Shown here piece after piece: positions 1 through 13,879 of a stretch of DNA of 56,463 bases. The translations under genes were made by a program, and so were the position numbers. The stretch comes from Pelomyxa schiedti (taxonomy: Eukaryota > Protista > Evosea). The stretch is from NCBI GenBank assembly GCA_020536535.1, contig JAHLWZ010000213.1:1-56463 (forward strand), in the 5' to 3' direction. How positions within the stretch are numbered: the first letter of the stretch is position 1; every line of letters starts with the position of its first letter. The notes under the pieces are model-generated. The model ran no database searches. It saw nothing but the letters and a program-made list of their open reading frames with translations, and had not been told where the DNA came from.

Positions 1-209
1 GAACTGACAACTACGTAACCTCTCAGGTTGTAGCCATTTTTCTACCAAGTGCCGGATTCTTCAGCTTCCTTGTGTTCATACTTACTGCTGACCTTAAAAC
101 TGACCTCTACCACACATCCCGGAAATTCCAGCTGGCTTGCAACAAGTGCATAGACAGGTGCTGCCATAAAGAACACATCACATCTTTAGAAATCTCTGGC
201 ACTCAATGA
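1..209 (+). CDS. 3' end of cAMP-receptor-like GPCR (second copy of the gene at 25274-26592), partial
   Basis: Matches 26384-26592 and reads ...TDNYVTSQVVAIFLPSAGFFSFLVF...LEISGTQ*, TGA at 207-209. Confidence 0.8.
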   Translation, partial: TDNYVTSQVVAIFLPSAGFFSFLVFILTADLKTDLYHTSRKFQLACNKCIDRCCHKEHITSLEISGTQ

Positions 210-433
210 GTACTGTTCACCTGGAATTCTCACTGTCTGTACCTGTTGCAATAGATGGTCACATCTTGTTTCTTTGACACCACACTGTATTATCCCAAGT
301 GGAACTTATAAAAATTTGCACATTATAGAGCTTTATTGCTATACATTGTTATTACACTAGTTCCCGGCGTAACACTTAGGCCCGTTTTCCTGGCTAATGA
401 CTAGATCTAATCAAAAAAGGAGAAAGGAGAGGG

Positions 434-828
434 ATGACGCATTTCCGGCGATTTCGGTGCGATGACTTGTTGAGGATGGCAAACGTGAACTTGGACTCTT
501 GGACTGAAACTGTACTCTCGTAATTGTATTGATTTATTGCCCTGTAACAAATCTTGTAGTACAACTTTGCGTTCTACTTTATGTACATGGCAAAGTGGCC
601 AGGTAATTTCCCTCTGTGCATCGTTCTCTTTTTCTTATTTCCGTTAAGAGTACGTGACACTTGCAGAATCTCCCACTGGACGACAAATGGGCTACAGTAT
701 GTTTTCACTTCACCGACTTAACTTTCTACATTATCCCACACATCCATAGTATGGGGAAAGGCAGAAGGTGAAGGCGAGAAGTGGCATGGTCATGTCACTG
801 CTGTAACGGTAGCACCAGAATACAGAAG
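434..828 (+). CDS. NAA20: NatB catalytic subunit NAA20, 5' part of second copy, truncated by the gap
   Basis: MTHFRRFRCDDLLRMANVNLDSWTET...MGKAEGEGEKWHGHVTAVTVAPEYR, same exon structure as 26813-27595. Confidence 0.85.
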
Positions 829-928
829 NNNNNNNNNNNNNNNNNNNNNNNNNNNNNNNNNNNNNNNNNNNNNNNNNNNNNNNNNNNNNNNNNNNNNNNN
901 NNNNNNNNNNNNNNNNNNNNNNNNNNNN
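829..928. other. Assembly gap (100 N)
   Basis: Run of exactly 100 N. Confidence 1.
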
Positions 929-1442
929 TCTTTGTGATTACCATTCTCTTCATTGTGATACTGGTAGAGACCCTCTAAATCGAAACCACCAAAAGGTCGT
1001 CCCACAATACCGATAACCGGGCAAAAATTAGGGTCAAAAGTTTTGCTTTCGACATTAATATTCGGTGTCATACTTAAACTACTCCAACCGCCAATTTACA
1101 CTCTGGCTCTGAAATGGGCCTTAGTCAATGGATCTGGTTCCCTTGGGAAAAGTTGGGGCCTGATGGCACCTTTTTTTTTTCTCTGCAGAACCCAACTCCT
1201 ATTTTTTGTTCCAGAGTTTCCTGCAACTTGGGACACCAAGGCCAGAATGAACAACTTGGGGGGCAGGAGTTTAGAGCCCGGTTTTAGAAGTTTATCGGTT
1301 CTAAACAAACTGAACCTAATTTTGTCTTGTACATGAGAAACTGCGGGTGTCTTTTCACGGAGCAACAGCGACGAAGAAAAAAACCAAGGAAAAAATACAA
1401 AACAAACCAAACACAAGCCCGACAGGCGACAAGCAACCGGAG

Positions 1443-3362
1443 ATGGACGCAACAATGAAAGATCTGATGACGAGGCTCGAGACTGTAACACACAGACTCG
1501 AGCAAGTCGAGTCCCAGCTTGCCAAAGGTACCCATTGTGTACCGTTTCGTGGTCAACACTTTACAAGCGTTTTCCTTTTTTTTTTTTTGTTTTTTTCCCC
1601 TTTTTTTTTCTTTCCACTGTATGGCACTCATTTTATGCATGAAGGTGGCGCTCCACCAGCTCCCACTTGTGGTGCCGCTTCTTCGGAGGAAGCCCCAGCA
1701 TCACAGGTTGAATTAGAGGCTCTGATCGCGAGGCACCTTGACCCAATCCTTCCTTTGGCTGAGAAGATCAGTGCCGTTCTTTTGACACAGGTGATAATTT
1801 ACCAAAAAGTTTCTTATGTCCACTCACTGTTGCTTTGCAGATGAAAGACTTCATCGAGGCATGGAAATTAGAGTCAAAGCTCATTGGTACCGCGTCAAGG
1901 GCTATCAAGCCACCAATGCCAGAATTCCAAGCTGAAATCAAGCCATTAGCCGATCTTCTTAACAAGATTTCTGATTACAAGACCAAGCACAACAGGGCAC
2001 CAGAGTTCAATTGCATTGCTGGTATCAGTGAGGCTGTTCAGTGCTTCAACTGGATTCTTGCGGTGTGCCTTCTTCCTTTCAGGGTCCCATTAACAATTTT
2101 TTTCAGGAACCCACACCTGTTCCCTTCCTTAAGGAAATGATTCCTGGCTCTGAGTTCTATACTAACCGTGTTCTAGTTGCCTACAAGAACAAGTAAGAGT
2201 GAGCCTCTCATCTCGCACTAACGAAATTTAGGGATGAGACCTACACAAATTGGGCCAAGGGTTTCAATGCCTTTTTGAAGGAACTCCCAGACTATGTCAA
2301 AAAATTCCACACCACCGGTCTTACCTGGAATCCCAGGGGTGTACCTCTTGCCTCCGCAAAATCTGCTTCCACATCCACCACTTCTTCCGGTGGCGCTCCT
2401 CCCCCTCCTCCACCACCCCCACCCCCACCACCATCTGCACCTGCGGATGATAAAAAGGCTCTAGCTGCAGCCGCTCTTCTGGCTGACATTAATAAGGGTA
2501 CTGATATCACCAGTGGCCTAAAACATGTCGACGCCGATAAGAAGACAAAGAACTGGACTGCCGAAGAAAAAGCAGCAGGGTATGTGCGTGTTATTAGAAT
2601 TGCCATTCTGACTCCTTTCACTACAGTGCTTTGAAGCCGAAAGAGAAGCCAGTTAAATCCGCTGCTGCGCCAAAGGGCAGACCAAAAGGACCAGCCAGGT
2701 GCGAATTACAAGGAAACAAGTGGACAATCGTATGCACTGAATTTTTGTGGTGTTTCTTCTAAGGGCTTCCCAAGGAAAACCAATCCGGAAATCACAACGT
2801 AGTAATCAACGAGGGACAGAAAAATCAGAGTGTCTACATTTTTGGCTGCGATAATAGCACTATCACAGTCGAGAACAAGGTCAACATTGTAACAATAGGT
2901 AAGGCGGTCCCTTTGCCGTACGTAATCTCGTAACACGGAAGTAGATTCCTGCAACAAGTGTGCAGTCATCATTGACAATGTTGTTGCCGTTGTTGAACTT
3001 GTCAACAGCAGCGGAACGCAAGTTCAAGTCAAGGGAAAGGTTCGCGTGGCCTCTTCTATTTAATTCCTGAAGTAACCGCCGCTCTCCAGACTCCCTCCAT
3101 TACCGTAGACAAGTGCTCCGAAGTGATGATGTGGCTGTCCGAGGCCGGACTCGCGGACCCACAAACCGAAGTGTACACATCCAAGTCCTCGTCCGTTAAC
3201 ATCTCTATCCCTGGTGCAACACCAGACGCTGATAGGGTAACTTTCCTGCTCTAATTCAACACGGCACCTGACTTGTTCTAGATTGAGATGGCACTTCCTG
3301 AGCAGTTCAAGACCATCGTCGTACAAAACAAGCTTGTCACAGAGTTCACATCCCACGTCTAG
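1443..3362 (+). CDS. CAP1: Adenylyl cyclase-associated protein (CAP/Srv2), multi-exon
   Basis: N-terminal RLE repeats (LMTRLETVTHRLEQVE), helical domain (ISEAVQCFNW, ELPDYVKKFHTTGLTWN), polyproline, WH2-like INKGTDITSGLKHV, CARP C-terminus ending PEQFKT...VTEFTSHV*. Confidence 0.93.
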
Positions 3363-3481
3363 AGAGACCCTATCTGATAGAAAATATGAAAAAAAACAAA
3401 ATGAAAAGAAATTGTTCCAAATATCTCCGTTTCGTTTTTTTCCGAAATTGCATCGCCAATAAATCTAGAACTACAATCGCG

Positions 3482-6400
3482 ATGCCGACGACCACGAGAG
3501 GCTCGGTGCGAGGACGTGGGCGAGGGCGAGGGGGAGGGCGAGGCGTCGGCACGGTCCGCAGCTTGCGCCCCGTAGTGAGGCCGGGCCTGGGGCGAGGGCG
3601 AGGGGGAGCGCGGGGGAGTTCGTCGGGAGGCATCCGGGGAGGAGGCGCCAGGGGCCGCGGGGGCGGCATAAGAAGAGGCGATTCGGGCCGAGGCGCCGCG
3701 GTGGCCGGCCGGGGGAGAGCGAGGGGCCCCTCCGGCGGCCCGATCCCGAGGGGGGCAGCTGCCGCCGTGAGGCGCGGCGCCAAGCCGACGCTCGGCGACC
3801 CAAGCCGCGACTCGTGGAAGAACCTGGTGGCGCGGGCGGACACCGACGGAGACAAGCCCGAGGGCGAGGGGGAGGGCGCCGGGGCAGAGCAGCAGGGGGG
3901 CGGCTACTTTGACGACGCGGGGATTGGCGGGGGCGGGGGCGGGGGCGGGGGCCGCGAGGCGCACCAGCAGCTGCCGAGCTGGCTGGTGCCGCAGACCAAG
4001 GGGGCCGGGGGCGAGGGATACACGAGGCGGAGGAGGAAGCCCCACAGGACGGCCTGCGAGATTTCCAAGATGAGCCCAACGCGAGCGAGGATACTGACAC
4101 TGGGGAGGTAACCACCGAAAAGCCTACCTGTTCTGTCTATTCTATTATATCTTTGGGGGATTGCCTGGGTGTTGAAATGGGTTTGATGTTGGGTTGGCAA
4201 ACAGGGTGAAATGAGGATAATAATAAAGACGATGATAACGATAATGAATTGCAGCAAAGCAAACAGTGATTTACTGTTATTCTCAGGTGGAAAAGGAAGG
4301 GTCTATTGATGCCTGAGGAGGCTGAATGGACAAGACCGACACGCACTTTGAATTTCACCGTGCCAGAAGTGCCTCCTCTAGCAGTTTGCTTTTCGACTTT
4401 GATCAAGTATACCTTGGATGAGGTGCTGATTGAAGAAGCTAAGAAAACTGAGGAGCAAGAAAAGATACCAACTACTACAGAAAAACCAAGTGCGGAGCAT
4501 CTGGCGGAACCTCCATCAGCCACCTTACAGTCACCCACCACTACTGATCCTACTGAACCTGTCCCACTCAAACCAACCGTAGCCACCATCATTCCATTGT
4601 CAGATTTTTTTTCTGGCACAGACAAAACTGCAGCAAATAATACAACATCAGGAGCCAACTCACAACGAATTCACTTCCATACTCTCCCACTGAGTGACCC
4701 CACTTCCAGAGCATTAATGCACGTCTTCAAATTTCCCACTATGACACCGATTCAAGAGGCAACCATACCACCAGCATTGGAAGGAATGGATGTCTTGGGT
4801 GTTGCCCCAACAGGAAGTGGGAAGACTCTTGCGTTCTTGATACCTTGTGTTGAAATTCTTGAGCGGGAGAAATTCAAGCCCGAAATGGGTGTAGGAGCTC
4901 TCATTCTCAGCCCCACTCGTGAAATTGCAACACAAAATATGGCGTTTGCAAAACAGCTGTTGACATACCACACACATACCTCAAGTTTACTGGTTGGTGG
5001 TGGAGTACGCATACGTGAAATGCATGAGCTTCAAGAGGGAGCCAATCTGGTTATTGCTACCCCAGGCCGTTTTGTGGATCACCTTTCTGGCACGCATGGA
5101 ATGAAAATTTCCGCCCTTAAGATTCTGGTATTTGATGAGGTGGATAGGTTGTTGGACAAGTGGTTCGAGCAGGAGTTGAAGAGAATCATGGAAAAGCTAC
5201 CACCCCGACAGACACTCATGTTCACTGCCACAATTAATTATAAGGTGAATGAAGTTGCTGCACAAAATTTGAACAACCCTGTACTGCTTGATTTATCTGG
5301 AAAAGATGTCATTACTGTGCCAACACTCAAGCAGTATTACATGCTTTGTCCAACTAAATTACGTGTTGACTTGCTGAACTCTTTCGTTAAACTACAGAAC
5401 AAAAAGATCATCGTATTCTTCAATACTTGCGCCGAAGTCCTTTTCTTTACCCATATATTCCGAAAGTTGAAGTCAAAGGGAAAAGTTGTTACATCAATAC
5501 ATGGTGAACTCTTTCCCAGTCAAAGGATAAAAGCATTACAACAGTTTACTTCAGCGGAGACTGGTATCATATTCTGCACTGACGTTGCCGCTCGTGGAGT
5601 TGACTTCCCAGAAGTGGATTGGCTTATACAATTCGACATACCCAGTTCTCCCGAATATTACGTGCACAGAGTGGGGAGGACAGCGCGAGCAGGAAAGGAA
5701 GGCAAGGCAATTCTCTTTGTTCAGCCATGCGAAGAACCATTTGTTGGGCAGTTGCTAGGCCTGGGTATTCCAATAAAGCAAAAAGCGCTATCACGCACCA
5801 TGACCCCAACCCATAAAAGTTTTGCCATCCACATCAAGGAGGATCCCACATGCTACTACCTTGCCAGTGAAGCAGTGCATCTCTACTTACACGCCTTCGG
5901 CAACTACAGAGACCCATATGCACACGCCGGACCGATAAACGATCTAGACCTGGCCTACTCTTTTGGGTTCTCTGTAATCCCTGAAAGAGTGGACAAGCCG
6001 AGTACATTGGATGTGAGACTGCGGAACCAAGAGAGAATCGAGGGCATGTGGGAATTCAAGGGTGAGAACAAAGGGGAGGAAGGCCAACAGCAACAAACCG
6101 CAGGGAGAGCCTGTGATGGCAGTGATGAAATGTTACCCGCCAGACACCAAACAGCTAGAACATCAAGCACTAGAGGGCGCGGAGCTCGTTCCGGCCCAGT
6201 AGTTCCGTATAGCAACAGCCGAGCAAGTTTCGCTGGAAGAAGCTCCACAATGTCCAACAAACCCTCATTCGGCACACAAATTCCACCCCAAGGGAGAGGC
6301 ACCATGAGGTCAGACAGATTCCAACAAGGCCAATTCAGGCCCAGAGGCCGCTCCAACCTCTTCACAACCACAGCAGCTACAAAAAGGAAACCAACAGCAG

Positions 6401-6543
6401 AGCCCGGCTCAGCATCAATGGAACCAGCATTTCCGGCATCATCATCTTCAACGACCAATTCACACAACACAGAACAACCCAGACCACCCACACCCAAGAG
6501 GCCCAGAGTGTGGAGGAAGGAAGAAGACTCCTTCTTTTTGTGA
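3482..6543 (+). CDS. DEAD-box RNA helicase, DDX18/HAS1-like, with RGG-rich N-terminus (exons 3482-4107, 4287-6543)
   Basis: Q motif MTPIQ, APTGSGKT, SPTREIA, TPGR, DEVD, FTAT, DVAARGVD, HRVGRTAR. GT-AG intron 4108-4286 joins the RGG exon in frame. Confidence 0.9.
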
Positions 6544-7026
6544 AGAAGAGGCCCAAAGGACAGTGAAAACCAATTCTCAAGTGATATGTATGACCAAAAA
6601 AAAAACAAGTTTGATGCATGATCCCTTTTGTTATGAAGTTTCTTTAAGTGTTGGTTGCTTGCTCCTTTGCTTTTTGTTCTCTGACCCGAGAACAAAAAAG
6701 ATACCCTCAGAGGGTGTCGCACCCACTCGCTATGTTTGGTATCATTTTCGGCTTGATTCCACTTTGGTGCATCAGTGTCTCCTCTTTTTTAGGGGAGTAT
6801 CATACGAGTTACACCAAAGTATCAATTCACAGCGCCATCTGATGGTGAGGGTATCTTTTTTTTTCTTGGTCATTCTTTTGTCAGCAAAGAAATTCTTGTA
6901 CCCAGACTTATGGGTACGGCTTCGGGGTTCTTGGTTTCGTTCTGTTTTCCCCTTTGTTCCTTCTCTCTCCCTTTCGTAAAAACGGAACCCTCCCTCTAGC
7001 GTCCAAAAAAGTGTTCTTTGTGTTAA

Positions 7027-8254
7027 TTACTTGAATGGTTGTGAGGCCTTGCCCTTTTCAAGTATGGCAAGTTCAGTGCCATAAACCCTCTCAACTGGAT
7101 TTGACTGTGGTGTTGGTGAAATCCAAAATCGGTAAAGTACAGTAGTTACCTTTGGTTGTGTCTTCATGGTGTATAACTGTGGTAAGCAAACCGCGCGTAA
7201 CAGAGAATCAAATGAATCACATGTGCATCTACCCATCTCCATAAGAATCTCCACCACCTGTGAAGAGTTTGGTCAGGGTAATTCGGGATATGTAACCATA
7301 CATTGCACGCAGTGCTCTCCTCACTCGCGAGTCCCAAGTGAGTACCTCTTTACACAAAGTCCCAATATCGATCCTCACTCAATCTCCCTGTGAAGAGTTG
7401 GGTTAGTTGCAATTCATTCTGGGGTCTCTGGTTGCAGGATTCATCAAGTAAGTAAAAGTAGTCCAAAGTTAAGTCCAAAACACCTGTGGAGAGATGAAGG
7501 AATAGCACAGCCCATACCTTGCCTTGGATTGATGTGATTGATATCGGGGAGTGGTTGTTTGTTGAATTCACGTGAGGTCCAATTCATCTTGAAGTAAAGG
7601 CGACTTCCAATCTCTCCACACCTGCACATTTTTCTACTCATCAGTCCAAGCCCAATAATGAGTCCAGAAGCGACAGATCCCTTCCAGGGCCACCACTCCA
7701 CACGCAAAGCCAAGCCAGCAGGTGACTAACGACCTTCCCTGGCGCCAGCACAAGGCCTACGCCTCAGTTATGCCGCGTCAATATCCCACCAGGTGGAACT
7801 GCGTGCGTCATGGTACACAAGTCCAGGACTGTAGTACCCCAAAAGTAATATCCATTCCAACCAGGGTAGTTTCCAAATCCAAAGTACATTCCACAAGTGG
7901 AGTTGAAGCACGCAGTCAACAGCACACCTGGAGAAGTTATTACACAAATTAAGGGACTACAGTATGATTTACGTTATTAAAATTGTTGGCAATGGAAATG
8001 TGTAGTGCAGGGTGCAGAATAAAAGTATCTACCACAAACTGTCGCAATTTAGTGAGCAATGGCACAGTGCACAAACAAAAGAAGTAGTGCATGGACAAGG
8101 TATGTTTAGGGCAAAGCGGCCCTGCTCCGAGTTAAATATATATAGAAAAGAAAGGAGAAAAACCTACCAACACTTGAGGAAAACAGTATCGTGTCACGGT
8201 AGCGTGTTCGTGTGTCTTGTTTGTTGCCAATAAACAAAGATCGTAGACGACATC
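7027..8254 (-). other. Possible multi-exon gene or gene remnant, product unknown
   Basis: Several minus-strand open segments bounded by CAG/GT (e.g. GVLLTACFNSTCGMYFGFGNYPGWNGYYFWG), but no consistent spliced ORF could be assembled. Confidence 0.3.
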
Positions 8255-8524
8255 GTCTTTATTTTGTGTTTGTTGTCCCAAGATCCGGCGAAAATTGATT
8301 CAGGTTTCCCAAAGGGAAAATTTCAGATGCCAAAAAACATAAACCAAGTTGGTTGATCCATCCCTGGTGGTGGGTTGGACAGTTGACTCCAGATCCTCTT
8401 GGGTAGTTTCCCTCCTAGAGTGGTGTTTCTTGTCACTCCTCACTAGACTAGTCACTGATCTAGACCTCAGAACAAGTTAGCAGGTGATGAAGCGCCGAAA
8501 AAAAAAACTCTTTCTTTTTTGGTC

Positions 8525-9850
8525 CTACCAGGAGGAAGGGTTCTCAATGGATACTGACTTGAGACTGGGGTCCAGGAATGACATCGAGAGGATGGGTGCT
8601 TGTGAGCGGACCTGGGTCACCTTTATCTCTTTGTGATCGGCATGGAACAGCAAGCCCCCACCGCCTGTGATGCGGCTGCCTGGCCCCATTTGTATGACTC
8701 TCCATGGAGTTCCTGATGTGAGGTCATTGCAATCCCACAGCTCATATGTGCCGCGGGGTGTGGAGAACCCAAATAGGGATTCATCCACTTGGCACAGACA
8801 TTCAGGGAAGCAGTAATTTCCAATGACTCTCGTGGTTCCAGAGGGGTCAACCTCAAGTATTTCAAGGGTCTCAGACTGCCGTGCTGCTATGACCAGTGTG
8901 TTCTCTCCGCTTTTCTTCCTTATCACTATTCCTGAATGGAAAGTGTACGGAATGAACCATTTCGCCTTTACAGTGAGTTGTTTAGTTGCATATGTCTGGG
9001 ATACGTCAATGATCTTGAACATTGTCTGCACTGTGTTTGTGCCCACAAGCACTGCAGAATCAGGTCCCAGGTATTCGCTGAAGATAATGCCAATATATAG
9101 ATTCCAGCGGTTCTTTTCCATAGTAACGGAGATAGCGCTTTGGTCTACATTAGATAGCAGGTCCGCAACCATCATTTCGGTCCCGTCACACCACACCCAC
9201 CACCTCCCATTGGCCCGGTGCCAGTGCATTGGATTGGTACACCGCTTTTTCAGCAGGATCGTCCCGGTCTCAGGGCCACCACATCCCAACAGGTACACTA
9301 GCCGGCTTGCCCCAGAGAACTTGGGTGGCTCAATCACACACCGCTTGGAATCAATCCTCTGCAGTTTGGACCACCGCCAGCACTGCTCCTCCACGCCAAC
9401 AACACCACCCAGCAGCCCTGACGTGTGCACCACCACCTCCATGCGATAAGGCATCCACTGATCCATTGGGTACCCAAAGTCAACCACAATGCCCACTCCC
9501 CTGTTGCCACTGCCACACTCTTCCCTGTCACAACCACAAACACTCCCATTCCTCCACATTTCCCACATGTACCTCATCAACGCAGGGTGGCAACTTGCAA
9601 TTGCGGCCGCCGGCGACATTTGGCCACACCTGGGGTGGGATGACGTCATCAGGGCCAGCAACTGCTCCCTGGCGTGCAAGTGCACCACCGTGCTGTGTGA
9701 ATGCACAGCGCCGGGGTTGGTCAACGGGCCCGGGAGCGACCTTGAAGACTTGGACCTTGGTGGCATAACTTTGACCCTTCGCCTCTTCGTTACTGGTGGT
9801 TGTTCCTGTTGTTGGTCAGGAATACTTGTTTGTTGCTGGTCGGCGCTCAT
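8525..9850 (-). CDS. Intronless hypothetical protein of a lineage-expanded family (AREQLLALMTSSHPRCG motif followed by a beta-strand-rich domain)
   Basis: Long open frame with likely ATG at 9850 (MSADQQQ). The motif resembles a Pelomyxa-type family N-terminus (recalled, not searched). Confidence 0.75.
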   Translation of the reverse strand: MSADQQQTSIPDQQQEQPPVTKRRRVKVMPPRSKSSRSLPGPLTNPGAVHSHSTVVHLHAREQLLALMTSSHPRCGQMSPAAAIASCHPALMRYMWEMWRNGSVCGCDREECGSGNRGVGIVVDFGYPMDQWMPYRMEVVVHTSGLLGGVVGVEEQCWRWSKLQRIDSKRCVIEPPKFSGASRLVYLLGCGGPETGTILLKKRCTNPMHWHRANGRWWVWCDGTEMMVADLLSNVDQSAISVTMEKNRWNLYIGIIFSEYLGPDSAVLVGTNTVQTMFKIIDVSQTYATKQLTVKAKWFIPYTFHSGIVIRKKSGENTLVIAARQSETLEILEVDPSGTTRVIGNYCFPECLCQVDESLFGFSTPRGTYELWDCNDLTSGTPWRVIQMGPGSRITGGGGLLFHADHKEIKVTQVRSQAPILSMSFLDPSLKSVSIENPSSW

Positions 9851-10357
9851 TTTCCGGCGTCGTTTTGTGTTCAACTTTTTCCTCGGAACCGAAAGTAAAT
9901 TTTTTCCTTCATTGATGACTTCCAGGAATGTACTTTTACTCTTGGTAGGGAAGAACAATAGAGAGGTGCTGAACTATTCTTGTTGTTATGGAAGGGCTTT
10001 GCTCTTGAGGAGGGAGTATTGTCCATTAAAACCAAGTACTTGGCGAAGAGGAAAAAATTTGAGAATTCAAATGTATTTTTTTTTGGTTTTTACTAGGCCA
10101 AAAAACAGAGACAAAAACAATGGGTAACCAGGAGTGCGGAACGGAGTGTGTCATGGCAGGTAGTAGGGTGTACTTTTCCCCAGCTCGACCTGGTCCCAGG
10201 TTGCCAAACCAGTGGCACACCATAGAACGAGAGGAGGGGAGATAGAACCCTATGCTTACCACATTCTACAAGACTCCTAGCCGTTCCGCATATCGGCTCA
10301 ATGGAAGCCCATTGTTGGTCTCTGGTTGTTGTCTGTACATTGCTGTATGACTGGTCT

Positions 10358-11631
<1,274 letters not shown>

Positions 11632-11836
11632 TTATTTTTTGTTTGTTTTTCTTCGCAGTCTTTAAAAAGACTGTCTGCAGGTTCCCGTGAAACGAAACTC
11701 TATTTTTAACCGACCTACTTGGGTCCACTCTGAGCAGTGATACAAAGCATTACTGCTTATCGCCCCATAAAATCTTCTCACTTCAATTTGTGCTTGTTCT
11801 TTCTATGTTTTTTCTTTTGGAATGTTGTTGACTCCC

Positions 11837-13594
11837 TCACCACAGAACAGGAACAATATGGGTGAAGCCCCTCAGTGCCGACATGTCAGGCCATGCTTCC
11901 CACTCTGCAGAATCCCCGCCCCGCGTGTCCAACGCATTGACACCCAAACGCCTCTCATTATCCCCGTCCACACCACCAGCACACACCAGCCACGACCCGT
12001 GCGAGAACAACGCCACGTCGACCGCAGGGCAGGGCAGCGGCTCGCAGTACTCCCACTCCCCTTCTCCATCTCCATCACACTCAAACACATCCCCATCTTC
12101 ATCACCACAGTGGCCGGTGCATTCCTCTTCCTCGCCGTCACTCTCTTCAGTCTTGTGAACGGCAGGACGTGGTGTCCGTTTTGTAGATAGCTTCGTGGTT
12201 GGTTTGCGGGTATCCGATGTAGTTGCGGAAGAAGATGATGAAGAAGCTTTCGATGATGATGATGCTGACTTTGGTGAGAATGTGAATTTCTCCACAGTGT
12301 CTGTTGCGCAAGAACCCGGTTTGCTCCAAGCAGCCACAGACCTTGGTGCGGCTCCTCCCACAACCCATAATGATCCGCCGCATGCCCCGAGGGCCGCGTA
12401 CTGCCTTGGCCTCCCAAGCTCCGGCATTGGGTTCCATGAATCCGCCGCCTCGTCATACCTCTGAATAGTTCCGCATCCGGTCATCACAAATGCACCCCCA
12501 GAGGCCCCGGGCCACGCAGTCTCGGCGGTACTCACGGCAGAAGTCCGACCGGGCCACGAGTTTTCAATCCCCAGATGAGCCACTCTGACCCAGGGATCCG
12601 GTGACCTCAGGTCCAGTCTCTCGGCTGTGGATAGGACTGTCTGAGCATGGGAGATCCCTCCTACTGATAGAACACAGCCTGAAGGAAGGGTACATAACCC
12701 TGCAAAAGATCTAGCAACGTTCATGCTCGGTCCAATTGTCCATCTTGGTTCATTGTAAGTTTGGGAAAAAACCATGGGCACATTCAGCGAACCACAAGTT
12801 ATAATTCCACCAAAATGGTAACGTTAAGAACTCCAACAACACAGGAACTATCCCACTCTCTTACTAGACAAGATACTCCCCAACACGAACACCAAACCAC
12901 ACAGGCCGTAACAAACACCAAAACGATAACCATAAATACACACTGCATACTTTCCAGTTTCCAAATCCAGCAACTCCACAGTAGTCAGCGGCTCGCCGCC
13001 TAGCTTCTTCGACCCGCCGGCGACGACCACCGACCTGCCCCTGTCCGCCAGGCACACCGAGTGGCCGATCCTGGGCTCCCTCATGGCGCACCCCGTGCCG
13101 AACCTCTCCAGCCCCGCGGGCATCGCCCCGGGCCTCGCGCCCAGCGGCGGGTCCGCGCCCCCGGCCCACCGCACCCGCCGGCGCGTCGTGGCCCGCGGCA
13201 CCGAGGGCACCTGGGCGTCGCTCCACGCCCGGTCCGCCGGGCCCATTATCGCCACGTTGGGCAGGTTGGTGCTCCGCGCCGACAGGCCGCCCACGGCCAT
13301 GAACCCGACCGGGGACATCCAGTCCACAATGGCCTGCACTACATCGACGGGAAGCGGCGGTACCGTCTTCCTCCTGGTGGTGGCCGCCCTCCTGCTTGCC
13401 GCGCTTTCGCTGCTAGTCGTAGAGGTGGTGGCAGCGACAGCCGCGCCGTCATTGGAACTTGTGGGTGTGCTGGCACAAACGGGGCCGTTATTTGGGTCCG
13501 CCGTCACTACGAGACCAACTTGGTTCCTGCTGAGAGACGCACAGCAAAGAGCCAACGCAGCCTGTTTTTGTTGCCACGACCACCCACACGACAT
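11837..13594 (-). CDS. Kelch-repeat protein with F-box-like N-terminal motif (exons 12951-13594, 11837-12743)
   Basis: GG...W kelch repeats (VVVAGGSKK, VLSVGG, LWVVGG, VCAGG), PPLPVDVVQAIVDW motif, in-frame GT-AG intron. Confidence 0.85.
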
Positions 13595-13879
13595 CCTGGC
13601 TGAGATTTTTGATTGTCCCGTTCGTTCTTCGAAAAACATCTAAGATGGAAACGAAAGGACAAGCAGACTGTTTCCTTGATGATGCCGCGCTTAGCTTCCA
13701 ATCACGCGAATAGAAGATGTCATCTATGTTCACCCTATCTTCCCAGTGAAAGGGTGCTCTTCCTTGCTGACCAGAAATGGTATGCACCCACTACAAAATT
13801 GGAACAACTTGTATTTTTTGAGCCCAAACAAATAGGCTTTTTAAAAATATAGTTTGTGTCAACTGAAGGCTTCCAGACA

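Larger units (their letters stand above)
1..828 (+). repeat. Near-identical duplicate of 26384-27206 (haplotype copy or recent segmental duplication)
   Basis: By-eye comparison shows collinear identity with scattered substitutions and small non-coding indels, ending exactly at the N gap. Confidence 0.95.

Noticed and set aside
929-1340. Short ORFs just after the gap
   Set aside because: No recognisable motif, and truncation by the gap prevents a supported call
3359-4115. Several long overlapping minus-strand ORFs (also around 13000-13600, 27724-28476, 54100-55500)
   Set aside because: Shadow frames caused by high GC or low complexity opposite well-supported genes
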